61,305 nucleotides of DNA, filler included, from Porpidia crustulata (GCA_964255105.1; 9 parts of 9 records of this genome joined end to end with filler, not necessarily neighbours in it); one strand, 5' to 3'; shown: positions 1 through 13,566, counted from the first letter of the whole stretch. Numbers and translations are program-made. Notes: a model not told the origin generated them from the sequence alone.

Positions 1-1176
1 TTTATTTCAATTGGGGTGTTATGGCGGGGCGGGCATATAAGCTTATATGGTGTAAGTTGTTGGGGGGGCGGGGTCGGGAGGAGCTGGCCGAGCTGAAGAA
101 TTCGGAGGATCGAAAGGAGGATGGGATGGAGGACAAGGTGATTTACTAAGCCGTGCATGTGAAATGTGATAGAAAGTTGACAAGCGATCCTAGGGCCAAG
201 GGGAAACTGCCGATAATCAATTAAAGAAAGCCTGAAGTCAAGGTGGAGATCTCATCGAGATAGTACTTATCTCCTGTATGAGAACCTCGTCCGCCATGAT
301 CCGAATGGGAGATTCGGAAACTAGGAGCAAGGTGGTCAATCAAGGCACATATAATGCAGGATCACATCAGGAGACGATTATTTTTTAGGTACACTCTCCT
401 GCCTACTTTATCCTGAGGTTTGCGCTTCAGGTCTCTTTGTGACTGTGTATTGGCATTGAACATCTCAGTGACGAGATCCGAAACAACTTTCCTACCTAAT
501 GACCGGCCTGGCCTGGTGGTGATAAAAATTGAAAGCAGTAGCCCCTACTAAATAAGATATGTCAGTCCTGAATCTAGATAGAGTTTCCATATCAATATAG
601 TTTTGAGCAGCGACCTACGTGGATTGTATCGACTGATGACTTTGACTCTCCTAACGATGCCTTAGTATAGTAGCTGGAGACATATTATGCAGGCAGAAAT
701 TTAATTGTCTACTGCACTAAGATTGATTGATAACAAAGTATGGAGTGCCGATAGACTAGTCCTGCGTAAGGTAGCCGATGACTTAATCCAAGAATGGAGT
801 GCAGCTCTGCTACCAGCTAGGCACGACTTGATCACCTTCTCGCCGTCACTAATTCCACTGTAGCAATCTGCAGAAATTGAGACGGCCTGGCGCGGCACAT
901 TTTTTCTTTATGGCAACTCTCATACGTCGCAGTGATTTCTTAGCCAGGACAAGTTGCTCAGCTTTGTAGCCACTCGAAATCTGCTGTTTTTGCGAGAGCA
1001 ACGGCAGAAAACACTCTAGAATACTTGAAATTTACAAAGATATCAAGCACGGTACCACGAATTGAAGGGGGAAATAAAAACCGAGTGTCAACGCTTCTAG
1101 CTATATATCTTACGAAATTGAAGGCAGAGAAGCGAAACGGAAAGGGCTATCAATCGGCAGTTCAAGAATCACTTCA

Positions 1177-2417
1177 TCACGTCCGTAGCACTTCTGTCCG
1201 CACGTCATACGCCATACTTTGCTGATGCCCTTCTCCCTTAGCCCACAGGAACGCCCAGAACACCCACTCAAAGAGCTTCTGCTTGAGCCATCCTTTATCC
1301 TTGACGCCCTCCCACCGCATGTTTGCTGCTTTGTAGGTTGTATTGATCCGAGGCCTCCGGGTTCTTTCGTATACTCCAAAGACTTCTGGTATGGACTTAT
1401 TCGGACACTCCTGGAATACACGTGCTAATAGGACGGCATCTTCCAATGCAAGACCGGCGGCTTCGCCTTGAGGGGGCATCTGAAGAGGGGTAAGCTTTGT
1501 AGAACTTACAAGGGGATTCGACATACTGCATGCGCTGCGTCGCCAAGGAGTACAGCATCTTCTTTAAACCATTTTCCCAAGGGTCCAAGTTTGAAGACTG
1601 GATATATAAAGAGGTCTTTTAGCTGGTTTACCATCTCCGTGATGCATGAAATGCTTGATTCCTGGTATCGTCTATGGATCTCATCGAAGAAAGCTGTTTG
1701 GGCGGAGCCTTGAGCTTTACGGATCTCAGTACCTTGTAGATCAGACTGCATGACGGCAGCTACGTAGATCTGGGTGCGCTCGCGATCAATGAAGGAGGTA
1801 AGGACAGTGCCATAGCGGCTCATATTCAAAGCGGTGTCCTGGAAGTGTATAGGGGATTCAATAGACTCCAGATCAACAATTGAATAAGTCCCCGCTGAAC
1901 CGGTGTAGATGGGTTTTCGCTTGGGCTCGACATAGACGGAGCGGACAGCAGAGTGGATCCCATCGCATCCAACGATGAAATCCGCTTGGACTGATTTACC
2001 ATTCGAGAAAATGGCTGTGACTTCGGCTCCAGGACCACGCTTCTCTATCGACTCGAGCTTCGAGCCGTAATGGGTTTGGATTCCTACCTGCTCAGTGGCA
2101 GTAATCAGGGAGTTCTGGAGATCTTTCCTAAGCATCCGCAAAGCGTGTCCGTCGGTCCCTCGAAAAGGCATTTCACCCAACTTGCCGGCTCCTCCTAGGG
2201 ACCAGAACTCAACGGAAGTCACTACACACCCTGAAGTTACGACACCAAGACCATCCAAGATCCGCAAAGCATATGGAGTCAAATTTATAGCACCACCAAT
2301 CGAGGACGGCGATTCTCTCATCTCGTAAATAGAACAGTCGATCCCAATCTTGGACAAAGCCAAGGCAGTCGCAGGTCCAGCGATCCCACCTCCAACAATG
2401 ATGCACGATTTCAACAT
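1177..2417 (-). CDS. FAD-dependent monooxygenase (salicylate hydroxylase/FAD_binding_3-like), 2 exons, ~397 aa
   Basis: GGGIAG dinucleotide-binding motif, VGCDGIHSAVR (DG motif) and GDAAHA|MPPQGEAAGLALEDA (GD motif), joined across a GTATGT...CAG intron at 1526-1480. Confidence 0.93.
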
Positions 2418-2509
2418 GTCGTAAGATTCCAGAAACGATATGAGGTGTATTCTACGATAGCAATGAAATACTCAAGCGCATCATTTGGTCTTATGAAGTT
2501 TTTTTACTG

Positions 2510-2611
2510 GCATCTGCAACGCGTGGCCTTCATATTAACTTGAATGTAGTACAGACCATGTATCATTTTAGTAACATGTACAGTTTCAGCATCTGCAACG
2601 CGTGGCCTTCA
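2510..2611. repeat. Perfect 23-bp direct repeat in the divergent monooxygenase/MFS intergenic region
   Basis: GCATCTGCAACGCGTGGCCTTCA at 2510-2532 and 2589-2611. Confidence 0.85.
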
Positions 2612-3137
2612 GCCTCGTCGTTGAACGAGAATCTGAAGCGGGCTATATTAGGCAGCCAGGTAGCATGTCCCAGCCCCTGAAGCAAACCGGCAAGCCACTA
2701 ACAAAGCGGAAATGTTCTATGTAGCCTTATTGCCTTACACCCCTATTTTTTGTCGCCTAGCCGCCTAGCCGCATAATCGCTCTGTCTCTTTGCCGCCTCA
2801 TCATTCTACTTCCGCTCTTTTACGGTTTTCGTCCGTCACAAATGTCAATTCTGAATCAACATTTGTCAAAGCGTTGTGCGGTCTTTGCCTCTACTGCGTT
2901 AGGGCTACGAAATTGAGAAGTACTTACTGACCATCTTGCGTGAAAATTGGTTTCTGGAAGCTGGCGCACAGCTACACCTGAAAAGAAGATGGTGATGTCA
3001 TTGCTGCCCGCACTTAAACTTATTTGACGGCCGTTGTTCGATATTCTCTTCAAAAGATACCTCAATCTGTCTTCGACGAGCAACATCAGTAAGTATTCAG
3101 AGTCCGTAATTCCCTAACTACAGGGGAAGTCAAATCT

Positions 3138-4607
3138 ATGGCTAAGTCAAAGCCCATCGGCCTTCACTGGCGCTCCAGCAATCTTTTCATCGTCAGCACC
3201 GTTGGATTCGGCCTCTTCACCGACTTGTTTCTCTTTGGCATAGTCGTTCCTATATTGCCCTTTATCCTCAAAGATCGAGTGGATCTACCGGAGGACCAGA
3301 TTCAAAGCAATGTGTCAGGTTTGCTCGCTGCTTACGCCGGCGCATCCGTGTTATTCTCACCACCTGCGGGTATCATTGCAGATCGACTACCTTCCCGCCA
3401 ATTACCTTTTCTAATCGGCTTGACCGCACTGCTTCTCTCCACGTTACTATTATTTCTTGGGCAAACCATAGCCGTCTTGGCCGTGGCTCGAGTATTGCAA
3501 GGCACAAGTGCTGCGGTTGTATGGACCATCGGACTTGCCTTGGTGATGGATACAGTAGGACCGGAGAACCTGGGAAAAACCATAGGCTCGGTATGCTTGA
3601 ACGCAATTGAACCCTTCGTCTTACGCTGCTGATCATGAACCTAGATCTTTGGTTTCATCTCCATCGGTGAGCTTGCCGCACCCGTCCTCGGTGGTGTCAT
3701 TTACAATAAAGCGGGATATCCTGGCGTTTTTGGGCTGGCATTCGCTCTGCTAGCTGTTGATTTCGCCATGCGTCTTTTGCTCATCGAGAAGAAGACGGCG
3801 AGACAGTATCAAAGTACGGAAGATCCGGTAGAGCATAGTCATGATGATGTAGGGGAGCGGGATGATGTTCAAGGGGACTCCGAAGAAGATCCTCTCATCC
3901 GTAAAGAGGAAGGTACGAGATACAAGATCTCCCCCGATCAACCCAAGTGGATCAAGGCTCTACCTATTCTTTGCTGCCTGCAAGACCCTAGGCTTTTGAC
4001 CGCACTGCTGCTGGCTCTTGTGCAGGCAACACTGCTGTCCACTTTTGATGCTACAATCCCAACAGAAGCTCAAGAACTGTTCGATTTTGATTCACTCAAG
4101 GCAGGGCTTCTCTTTATTGCTCTATGCCTTCCTTATGTGATATTTGGCCCCGTCGCAGGGTGGGCTGTTGATCGATACGGCACAAAACCTGCCGCAGTTA
4201 TCGGCTTCGCGTACCTGGTTCCTGTCCTAATATTGCTAAGACTTGCCCATGCCGGCGGGCCATCTCAAATCGCTGTATACTGCATTTTACTAGCACTTTG
4301 CGGCGTGGGTCTTGCAGTGATCGGGTCACCCTCAATCGTTGAAGCTTCCTTTGTTGTCCAGAACTACGATAAAGCGAATCCGAAATTCTTCGGAACAAAT
4401 GGACCGTATGCCACTCTTTATGCTGTCAACTCCATGGTTTTCAGTGCCGGATTGACTTTAGGACCGCTTTTGAGTGGTGGACTGAAAGATGCAATTGGTT
4501 ATGGCAATATGAATGCTGTTGTTTCTGCAGTGTGCCTTGTTACAGCCATTTTGGCGTTTATCTATGTCGGAGGAACTCCTAGAATTCTACAAAAGTTTAC
4601 GACTTAG
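3138..4607 (+). CDS. MFS transporter (vesicular amine transporter/SLC18-like fungal MFS), 2 exons
   Basis: Multiple hydrophobic helices; GLFTDLFLFGIVVPILP; motif A-like GIIADR and GWAVDRYG; ARVLQG. Intron 3591-3644 (GTATGC...CTAG) joins ORFs 3138.. and 3768..4607 in frame. Confidence 0.92.
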
Positions 4608-5323
4608 CTTGTAGCTTTCTTGCTCCATCTCGGTAAGCGAGACCGTAATCCTTGGACACGCTTCTGGAGTCATGAATTATGAACTAGAGGCTTCGAGTTG
4701 GAGTGCTAGAACAGTGGCATTGAGAGATCGCAATCACGACTCCGTGATAATAGAAGAGCACCGATCCAGCTAATAGTCATCAGCAAGAAGCCTTTGCGTG
4801 TCTTGGCCAGGCAGGCTTCTCGTCGGGATGGCGCTTATCTTTGACTTCGAGATCACTCATAATATCTTAGGACTTGTGAGTAGTAAAATCGTTTCGGCGG
4901 ACGAGTTCCTATACATACTTAGCTGCAGCGTTTTTTCTGAGAGATTAGTCAGGAAATCCTTCATCGTCGAAATTGCGTTGTAGCAACCGACTAGGTTTCT
5001 TCAAGAAAAAATGTCTACAGATGTTTTTATAGAGGTAGAGTTCCAGAGGAACCAAAGGTTGTTGGCAGCATTATATTTACTACAATTTACCAGCCTAATT
5101 TTGGCCTTGAATAACCCCATTACTGGAAGAAATATTGCGGCACTGATAGATATATACTATCACCATGTACCGATCTTTGATACTGGCTGATGCCGTATTT
5201 TTCAGTTTCATTGACTATTTGCACGATTATCTATTAGGCAATTTGAGTGTTCAACTATCTCTAATAACCATCTACCCTCCGGTATTGTCTATCCATTTAC
5301 CCTCCAGTATTTCAGCAAATTGT

Positions 5324-5590
5324 TCAGTACCAAATTGAAGTAAAGTGCGAAGCACTAGAAGTCGTCAAAAACGAATCTTCATTCCCTACCGCCCTTATCG
5401 GATTTTTCATACAGGCCAAGAGGAGACGATCCAGTTCGCCGACACTGCTCATGACCAGGGGTGGATATAAATGTGCGGCGTCTCTGGTAAGGTATACACG
5501 GCCTGTAAGAGTAGATTTAAGTTTGAAGAATCGTTCAGACACAGCTTGCTCTATTAGCAATATATCTAGAATCGCTAAACTCACCTACCG
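5324..5590 (-). pseudogene. Probable decayed FAD-dependent (phenol-hydroxylase-type) monooxygenase fragment
   Basis: AVSERF...GRVYLTRDAAHLYPP resembles the GRVFLAGDAAHxHxP motif. It follows a GTGAGT...CTAATAG intron-like segment, and the flanking frames contain many stops. Confidence 0.4.
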
Positions 5591-6735
5591 AGAGCACGTG
5601 ACAATATTGTCTCCCCAGACTTCTAGTCGAGCTAAAGAAATACCCCAGGTCCTCGCATTGACAGCCCACAATAATCTGACATATCCCGACCCCCTGATCC
5701 TCGATACGAGCACTAGCACTGTAACTCCCTATATTGGTTATAAAGGGATTACGGATTCATACGACAGTGTAAAGGGCCAAGCGGCTGCAAAAGGCTTCAG
5801 CGCATTCGAGGTAATCTGGAACAGGGCCGCGCTGGGAGCTCGACCAAATTAAGAGTGAAACTTGGAGTTTTTATAGAGAAGAAGAACCACCTTTGGAAAT
5901 GGAGTTGAGGGGAGATTGGAAGGAGACGTTGCGCCGTAAATATTACGAATAGAAACGCTTTCTCTCCTTCCAATCACAAGGAGTATTACGAATCATTACA
6001 TGACTTTCGATAAAGGAATCCTGCTTAACTAGCGCGATAGCTATCGGCCCCCCCTATGGATCATGAAGATTAGCCTATCTGGCACATTGAGTTGTGGGGC
6101 CGCTTAATGCTTTTCTTTGAAGACCAGAACTGTCTTTGCCTAGATCCCCATGATGGCGTCAATTTTACCCTATCGGCATCAAGAAGTAAAGAACGGCAAG
6201 TCCATCGCAGGGAGCGGCCTCTGGCGTCTCAGGCATATGACTGAGTCACGGTTGATCCAAGTCATACCTCTGTAGCATCAGAACCAAGCAAAGATTGGCA
6301 AAACTCATAGACAACCTCCATGACTAGAAAATAAACAATCGTTAAATAATGGAGAGCATCAATCATTCATTCCTCTTGCAGCTCTTAATTCTCTCTGCCT
6401 ATATCCCGCCTCCCCCTCTTTTACGGTCTACCGCAAATGCTTCGCTCCCACCCTATACTATGCAGTCTAAACTTTGATGGAAATCGCAGGGATAAAAACT
6501 CTATCCAGCGGTTTCTAACAACATCCTACTTAAACGTGTAATGTCTAGGATAAGCTCCCTTGCGGATTTTAATAGCAAGGAGATCATAAGATAAAACTTT
6601 GTGTAGTGGTGATGTCTAGAGTTTTTGATGGTCAGGTGAATGTTTTGGGGATTTGGCGTGTGATACTAACGTACGTTTAGTCGCTGTGTGCAAATTGGTA
6701 TGGCCGATTTTTGAATTTAGCGAAAACGAAAAAAA

Positions 6736-6835
6736 NNNNNNNNNNNNNNNNNNNNNNNNNNNNNNNNNNNNNNNNNNNNTTAATTAATTAANNNNNNNNN
6801 NNNNNNNNNNNNNNNNNNNNNNNNNNNNNNNNNNN
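6736..6835. other. Artificial contig linker
   Basis: N44-TTAATTAATTAA-N44 (stops in all six frames). Confidence 0.99.
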
Positions 6836-8960
6836 GGGGATTACCTTGCGGACGGCGACTTGGAAAGTGTATTCCGTGATAAGGGCGGCGGAGGTATTAG
6901 AGAAGTGGGCGTTGATGGCGACGACTGAGTCTTTAGCGGGTGGTCTGGAGAGTTTGAAGAGGATGGTGACGGTGCCGTTGGAGACGGGGAGGTCCTTTGA
7001 GATTGGTAGGTTTGCGCCCTCGTCGGGTAACGCGGAGGCGAAGTTCCAGTCGTCATCGGCGGCTGTGGAACCGTTGCTTTGGGCTGGGGGTTTAGGCTGT
7101 GAGTTGGGAGAGTTTTGCTGGGTATTGGGATGAGCGAAGTTGAATAAAGAGTTGGAAGGCGATGTGGTAGGTGGGTTCGATTGCTGCGGGTTCAAGAAAG
7201 GAGACGGCTGGCGTGGGACAGGGGATGAGAGCGCGGCGAAAGGGTCTGATGGGTTTTGCGGCGGTTTTGAAGCTAGCTGTGACTGAAGGGATGGTGTAGG
7301 GGTTGCGGAAGTCGAAGGTGGTCTTGAGTTTGAAAGAGATGAAAATGGGTCATAGTTCGGCCTCGGTACTATTCCGGCCTGCTGGGGCTGAGGTGTCCCC
7401 ACAGGAGTTGGTGATTTTGCCGAGCTATGTTGCGTAGTGGACGACAGCAACGAAGGTCCGGGCACGGCTATTTACCTGCATTAGCCAGCACATCTGTACT
7501 TACCTCTAGAGGAATTACTGACTACTATTCGCCCCAAACCCAAGGGCGATTCCGCCGCCCTGCCCATAGTCCTTATCTTGAAATGACAGCCCTAAAAGGT
7601 CATCCTCCAAAGACTCGGCTTTTTGAGGATTACGGTCACCTGCATGTATGCCGGAACCCGCATGTTGAACAGGTTCAGGGTCTCCACTGAAATCAATGAG
7701 AGAAAGTTCGTTATCGGCCGTCTTGCCAACTCCAGTAGAAGTCCCAAGAGTGCCCTGGGGAATCTTGGATGCTGCGTTAACGTCACCTTTCTTTATAAGT
7801 TTATACCTTTCGACCGTCCGATGAATACTGTCGTTGATCTCCAGCAACTTGGCTACGGCTTCCGAATCATCAGATTCCTCCTCGCACATCTTCTGAATTT
7901 TGGGTTGGGCGCTCTGTAAAGCGTTGGCAAGCTCCTCGAATATATCCCCGTCTGCGATAACATCTCCTGTCTTGAAATTTTGCAGCCTTTCCTCCAGTAA
8001 CTTGGCCTTTTGCTGGATCTTTCCAACCTCCTCTGCAGCTTTTGCTCTGTAATCCGTCTTGTGTCTTGTGTCATAACCCGCCATGACCTTCATCAGACGA
8101 TTTGCTTCTTGCAAGTCCTCCGGACTACCTCGCCGTATAAGCTCCTGTAACTTGGCTGATTGCGCGGCCTTTTCTTCTTCTTCCATCTCATCTGCCGATT
8201 GCAGATTCTGTATTCCGTCAGAAACATGCAACAGCAGAGAAGCCACAAGTGGGACGAACGTCGCTCGGATTGAGCACAGCGGCATCTTCCCTGCGAACCT
8301 CTGGAAATACATAGCCCTTATAACTTAGCAGTCGATGCATATCCCGAATAAACCCTAGATCCTCCTTGTATCTCGATGTCTGACATATCGTCTGCCTCCA
8401 TTCTTCAATTGCCTCGAGTATTTTCAGCTGTACTCGGGAAGGTCGTATCGGTGGCCGCTCAGGAAATCTTCGAACCAGTTCATTCAGGAATTCTTTAGTA
8501 CTAATTTGAAGGTGAAAGGGGTATCCGCAATTTTTAACGCAAATATCTAAGAGCTGACGGGGTAAGTGTGGGTGTCCACATTATCACATAGCGAAGCATC
8601 GTACCGAAAGCGCAAATAAAGATACATTGGGGTTCCGGTGATTGACATAGTTGACGATAGCCACGGCAGCTTCCCGGGGCCTGCTGTGCTATCAGCGATA
8701 AACTTACCCCTAGAAGCGGCTTCTGCTTACGCATTGCCTTTCTTCGAGTTTATCAGGTCGGCTATCTCCAGGTTCAGGGCGAGATTAGGCTCGTAATGCA
8801 GAGCATCTACCGCGTTCTCTAGGGATTACAGTAAGTAGCTTGCCGTAAGATTCCCCATGGTGTGGAACGTACGGATATAGCGTTGTAAAGGCGTTTGCGC
8901 GGGCTCTCCGAAAGCTCCAAAACGATCTCTAGCAGCATACCGCGCCGAAGCGGCCTCCAT
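6836..8960 (-). CDS. GGA2: GGA-type clathrin adaptor (VHS-GAT-GAE), multi-exon, 3'-truncated by contig end
   Basis: Starts MEAASARYAARDRFG at ATG 8960. VHS (VKNCGYPFHLQISTKEFLNELVRRFPERPP), GAT (AQSAKLQELIRRGSPEDLQEANRLMKVMAGYD), Pro/Ser linker with DDDWNF, and start of the GAE ear (ITEYTFQVAV). Several GT-AG introns. Confidence 0.92.
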
Positions 8961-9280
8961 TGAACCTCGGAGCCAACGGTTTGATGGTGTAGATGTGATA
9001 CTGAACCGCAAATCACCTGTTAGAAAACTCTTGGCTAGGTATGTGCGCGATGTTCTTGGAGCCTGGAAGTCAAGATGTGGGTTCTAAATTCCGCGATTAG
9101 CGGAGCGGGATTGGCCCGCCGTTACCTCTGGAGGATGCATGTCATCATGTCGGGCTTCCTCACCCCGCCATCCTTTGCTCAAGACTACATATGAAGGTTT
9201 TAAAGGTTACTTGAATTGTAGTCTATCTTGCAGAATTAGTTGTCTCGCTATTCTCTACTGCTGTCTAAATAACGGCAAGA

Positions 9281-10505
9281 ATGGTCCGCCATAAGAAAGA
9301 CGCGAAGGGAAAGAAATATGCTCCCAACCCCCGCCACCGCGCCACTACCCAGAATGAAGATGGCTCAGAAACTTTCACGAAGCCACCTTTCAAAGCTGCT
9401 TGCTGGGACTTGGAGCACTGCGACCCTAAGCGATGCTCCGGCAAACGTCTGATGCATTTTGGCCTTATGCGCGAGCTGTCCGTGGGGCAGAAGTTCTCTG
9501 GCGTTGTCATCTCGTGAGCCTCAGATCATATGCCTTTTATGTTACATGACTAAAGCTTTTCATTAAGGCCGAACGCAAAGAGAGTAGTCTCATCCGCAGA
9601 TAAGGAACTCTTGGACCAATTTGGTGCAGCCGTAGTGGAGTGCTCTTGGGTCAGAGTGAAGGAGGTTCCATGGGCGAAGATTGGAGGTAAATGCGAGAGA
9701 CTATGTAAGACATGAGATCCAGTCATTGGTAGGCCCAAACCTGACCACTGAAGTGCCGTACCTGGTCGCAGCAAATTCTGTCAATTATGGTAGACCATGG
9801 CGGTTGAATTGCGCAGAAGCTTTGGCTGCCTGCTTCTTCATATGCGGCCACGAGGACTGGGCGCATGAAGTACTGAAACATTTCTCTTATGGTGAGCCTT
9901 TTCTTGAGATTAACTCACAACTTCTGAAGCGATATGCCGCATGTACCAATGAAGAGGAAATAAAGAACGCGGAGGACCTATGGCTTCGAAAAATCGAGCG
10001 AGAATACTCTGAGAGCAGAGCCAAAGGGAATGGAGCTGAGGATAACGACATGTGGAAAACTGGAAATACAAACAGACGGCCAGTCGTTGACTCGGATGAT
10101 GAGAATGAAGATGAGGACGGTTCTGAGGCAGGGAGCGGTGAAGATGACGAGGACACTGGAGGTGGAGTTGAACTTGGACAGAACCCTATGGATCTCCCTC
10201 AAGACTCGGATGACGAAGAAGAGATGGCCGAATTGCGGCGGCGAGTGTTGCAGTCGAAACCATTCTCCAACCCTACGCCAGATATCAAACAGCACCCAGA
10301 GAAAATTCCACAACCTGCCCCGCAAATTCTCGATTCAGACGCAGAATCAGGCTCTGACATTGCGGACGATGAAGCTTTCGATCATATCATCGACGCAACG
10401 CCAGTCACTGATCGTACAGGTATCCAAGCAAAGCAGCGACTGAAACAAGGGAATTCTAGCGCTGTGTTTTCACGAACATCAGTAGATGCGCCCAAGAAAT
10501 GGTAG
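9281..10505 (+). CDS. TSR3: 18S rRNA aminocarboxypropyltransferase Tsr3, 3 exons
   Basis: [50 protein letters not shown] and an acidic tail; first intron 9514-9567. Confidence 0.96.
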
Positions 10506-10709
10506 ATTACATGTAGCTTGAAATATAGACATAGAAGCAAAATTCTCAAACATCACACAACTTGGATAAATTGTATCACATAAATGCAATCGAGAATTAA
10601 CAAAGTGAACCATGTCCTGCGGCTCTTCGGTTCTCCCGCTGGAGCTAAAAAGGTCTTGGCATCAGTTTGGATTTCCAAATTGCCTTACCTAGTCCGATTT
10701 AAGTCGAAT

Positions 10710-11855
10710 ATGACTGACTACCACCGAGGGTCTCATGCAGGAAGGAACAGTGATACTCAGAGTTATCCTGATTCATTCTCAAGCCACAGAGATTGGAGGA
10801 CCACAAGAGAGGAGAATGACAAAAGCAATCGCAGAGAACGGGACGACGATATGAGGCCTAGTGCTGATCCAATGTCTCGAAATCGAAGGAAAGATCGCTC
10901 ACGAAGCCCATACACCGACAAGAGACAAAATAGACGTAGCCAGGAATCCGCCAGTGGCTTACCGACGTACAAGGTGGACAAGTCCCAAAATTATCGCAGT
11001 CGGCGCCGCAGTGTGTCTGGCTCGCTATCCCCTCAGCGCCGCTACCTAGATTCTCCACATCGTCACAATCGTACATACCGACGCCGGAGCACCTCTTCTT
11101 CAGCTGCTTCATCGTCGAGGCGTTATCAGCGAAACTCCAGATCGGCGGCTAGGGAGAGTAATCGACGCCACGAATCGTTTTCTCCACCTCCTAAACGCCG
11201 CCGTCGGTCTCCTCAAGATGATTCCAGACAAATTACTCATCATCGCAATGCCTCCCTTTCACCTCGTCGCAGTCCACCCCCGCAGATACGCTCCAAAGCG
11301 CCGCTGCCTTCCCAAGAGCAAGCTTATAACAAAGACCCCAGCTCCACCACCGTAATAAAACTCGACGAACATGAAAAGCAAGAACCCAATTACGCCCCAA
11401 CCGGGAAACTTGCGGCTGAAACCAACACCGTTGCTGGCACGTCCATCATCCTGAAGTATAATGAACCACCAGAAGCGCGCCTCCCTCCTTCCTCAGCACC
11501 CTGGCGCCTGTATGTCTTCAAGGGTAAAGACTTGCTCGAAACCATACCCTTGAGCACCCGCAGCTGCTGGCTCTTTGGCCGCGAGCGTGCCGTTGTAGAC
11601 TTCCCAACTGAGCACCCGAGTTGCAGCAAGCAACATGCGGTGCTGCAGTTTCGGCATGTGGAGAAGAAGAACGAATATGGTGATAAAGTCGGCGGCGTAA
11701 AGCCATATATCATCGATTTGGATAGTGCGAATGGAACGAAGCTAAATGGGGAGAAGTTGGAGGGGAGGAGATACGTAGCGGTGATGAGTGGGGATGTCGT
11801 GACATTTGGGGATAGTACGCGGGAGTATGTTGTAATGCTTCCACCGAAAGATTAG
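10710..11855 (+). CDS. PML1: FHA-domain RES-complex splicing factor (SNIP1/Pml1-like)
   Basis: RS-rich N-terminus, then LKYNEPPEARLP, WRLYVFKG, WLFGRE, HPSCSKQHAVLQFR, PYIIDLDSANGT. Start could be 10584 or 10710. Confidence 0.92.
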   Translation: MTDYHRGSHAGRNSDTQSYPDSFSSHRDWRTTREENDKSNRRERDDDMRPSADPMSRNRRKDRSRSPYTDKRQNRRSQESASGLPTYKVDKSQNYRSRRRSVSGSLSPQRRYLDSPHRHNRTYRRRSTSSSAASSSRRYQRNSRSAARESNRRHESFSPPPKRRRRSPQDDSRQITHHRNASLSPRRSPPPQIRSKAPLPSQEQAYNKDPSSTTVIKLDEHEKQEPNYAPTGKLAAETNTVAGTSIILKYNEPPEARLPPSSAPWRLYVFKGKDLLETIPLSTRSCWLFGRERAVVDFPTEHPSCSKQHAVLQFRHVEKKNEYGDKVGGVKPYIIDLDSANGTKLNGEKLEGRRYVAVMSGDVVTFGDSTREYVVMLPPKD

Positions 11856-13566
11856 CATAGAGACTGGTCCATGGTTATGCGTCATTATCGAGGTGTGTAT
11901 GTTTATCCAAAGGGATAAGGTGCACGCTCGCAAGAAACACTGACTGCCAATTCTGTAATTCGACAATAAAGTATGTTGCGCAGGACATTCTGGAACCGAC
12001 CAACTACAATCACTTCTAGTCTGGTTGTTGGGTTCGGAAAGAGCAGGTGTCGATTCGGAGCATTTAGATTGATGTTTGGTATAACCTCTTTCTTCTCGTG
12101 TAAAACCCGCAATGAAAGCTTAGATAGGGCATAGCTAACAACAAGAAATTCAGAAACAACGAATACCTCTAAACTCAACACTCCATTACTTTCTCCCTCT
12201 TTTTCAATCTAGATTCTCGCTATGTTGAAAGCCTCATCTCCGTTCGGAGTAAGCCATGTGTCACTCAGAAAAACGTTAGAGCCGTTGACAAGAACAGGAT
12301 AAAGCTTAATATGTATGCTAGATTACCCAAGTCGAGACAGTACTGGCAAACACGAAATTCAGATACGGTTGTGCGACATCTCACAAGCATAATTCTGCAA
12401 CTCGCAGCCATTTCTGTAGCTCTGCCCTCTTGCAGGCAGAATTCAACGAATAGATCTTTATCTATGCATAGCATACCATATGCTTGCAAGAAGGGCTGGA
12501 CGATCACTCAGTAATATGATAAAGCATATGTCGGAAGTTGCAACAAGTACATACATTCACCTATCAGGAAGACTATTTTGAGTCATTTTCCAGAACTAAC
12601 ATAGTTTGCTGCTACTGCCTACACTCTAAGGTGGGACTAAATGTCTAGACTGATCTCACGTATGGTATACGCCGCATTTCTATGCCACTCAGTCAAAACT
12701 CTGCGCACAAGCAACAGAATGCGTCATGCTGGATGGCGGTGAGAATAAAAAGATGGATTTTCAAGCAAAACTACTTTTTCATGCAATGAGCAATCTGATA
12801 GACATGAGAAAAACGAGCGAAAGGAGCATCTTGCTTGGAGAGATCGTCGAGCGCGATCCAGAAGTTACTTCGAAAAGTTGACAATCATTTCACCTCTCGC
12901 CCTTCGAATGCTGTTCCTTGCCGATGCAAGAAAGGCCAATGCCACTCAAAGATCTTGAAGCTCATCGATCGGCTTCGTTTGGGATTTCGCGTGTGGAATT
13001 CGGGCATTGAAAGGGCTTCGGTGGAATTCGAACTGGCAATGTGACTACAAAGACAGTCTCCGATGGATACTCTGATCGAGAACACTCTTCTCATCAGAAA
13101 TCTTGCGTACATTATTCGACTTCAATAACTCGTAACAGCACGTGATAAATGGCTACCACTCTAGCGCCCGCCATACGCGAGATACGATAAACTCCCGTAG
13201 GACTCAGAACTTCCCTAACATATTTCATCACTCCCTGCAGCACCCAGGCCGTGATACATTCTCCACCCTGCACGAACAATTAGTCAGTGTGTCGAACTGG
13301 GCTCGAGGTCCTAAGCTGGTGAGTAGAAAGGGGTCAAATCAAGTTTTTTTACCGTAAGTGTGTCGCCCATTCTATCCTCCGTATTGCCGGCAAACACTTG
13401 CTTATCATTGCGACCGTCGAGATCCGGCTGACTAAGCTTCCAAATGCGCAGTCCTACTCGGCTCCCTCGCTTAGAGAAGCCCTAAGCCCCTTTATCCCAA
13501 TCCGTCACGACCCCGACCCTGACCCTACCCCCACACTCACCCACCATGCCTGCCATGCTCGAAGAC

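Noticed and set aside
540..1170. Possible decayed plus-strand ORF or transposon relic
   Set aside because: Stop-riddled, and no family motif can be assigned without BLASTX.
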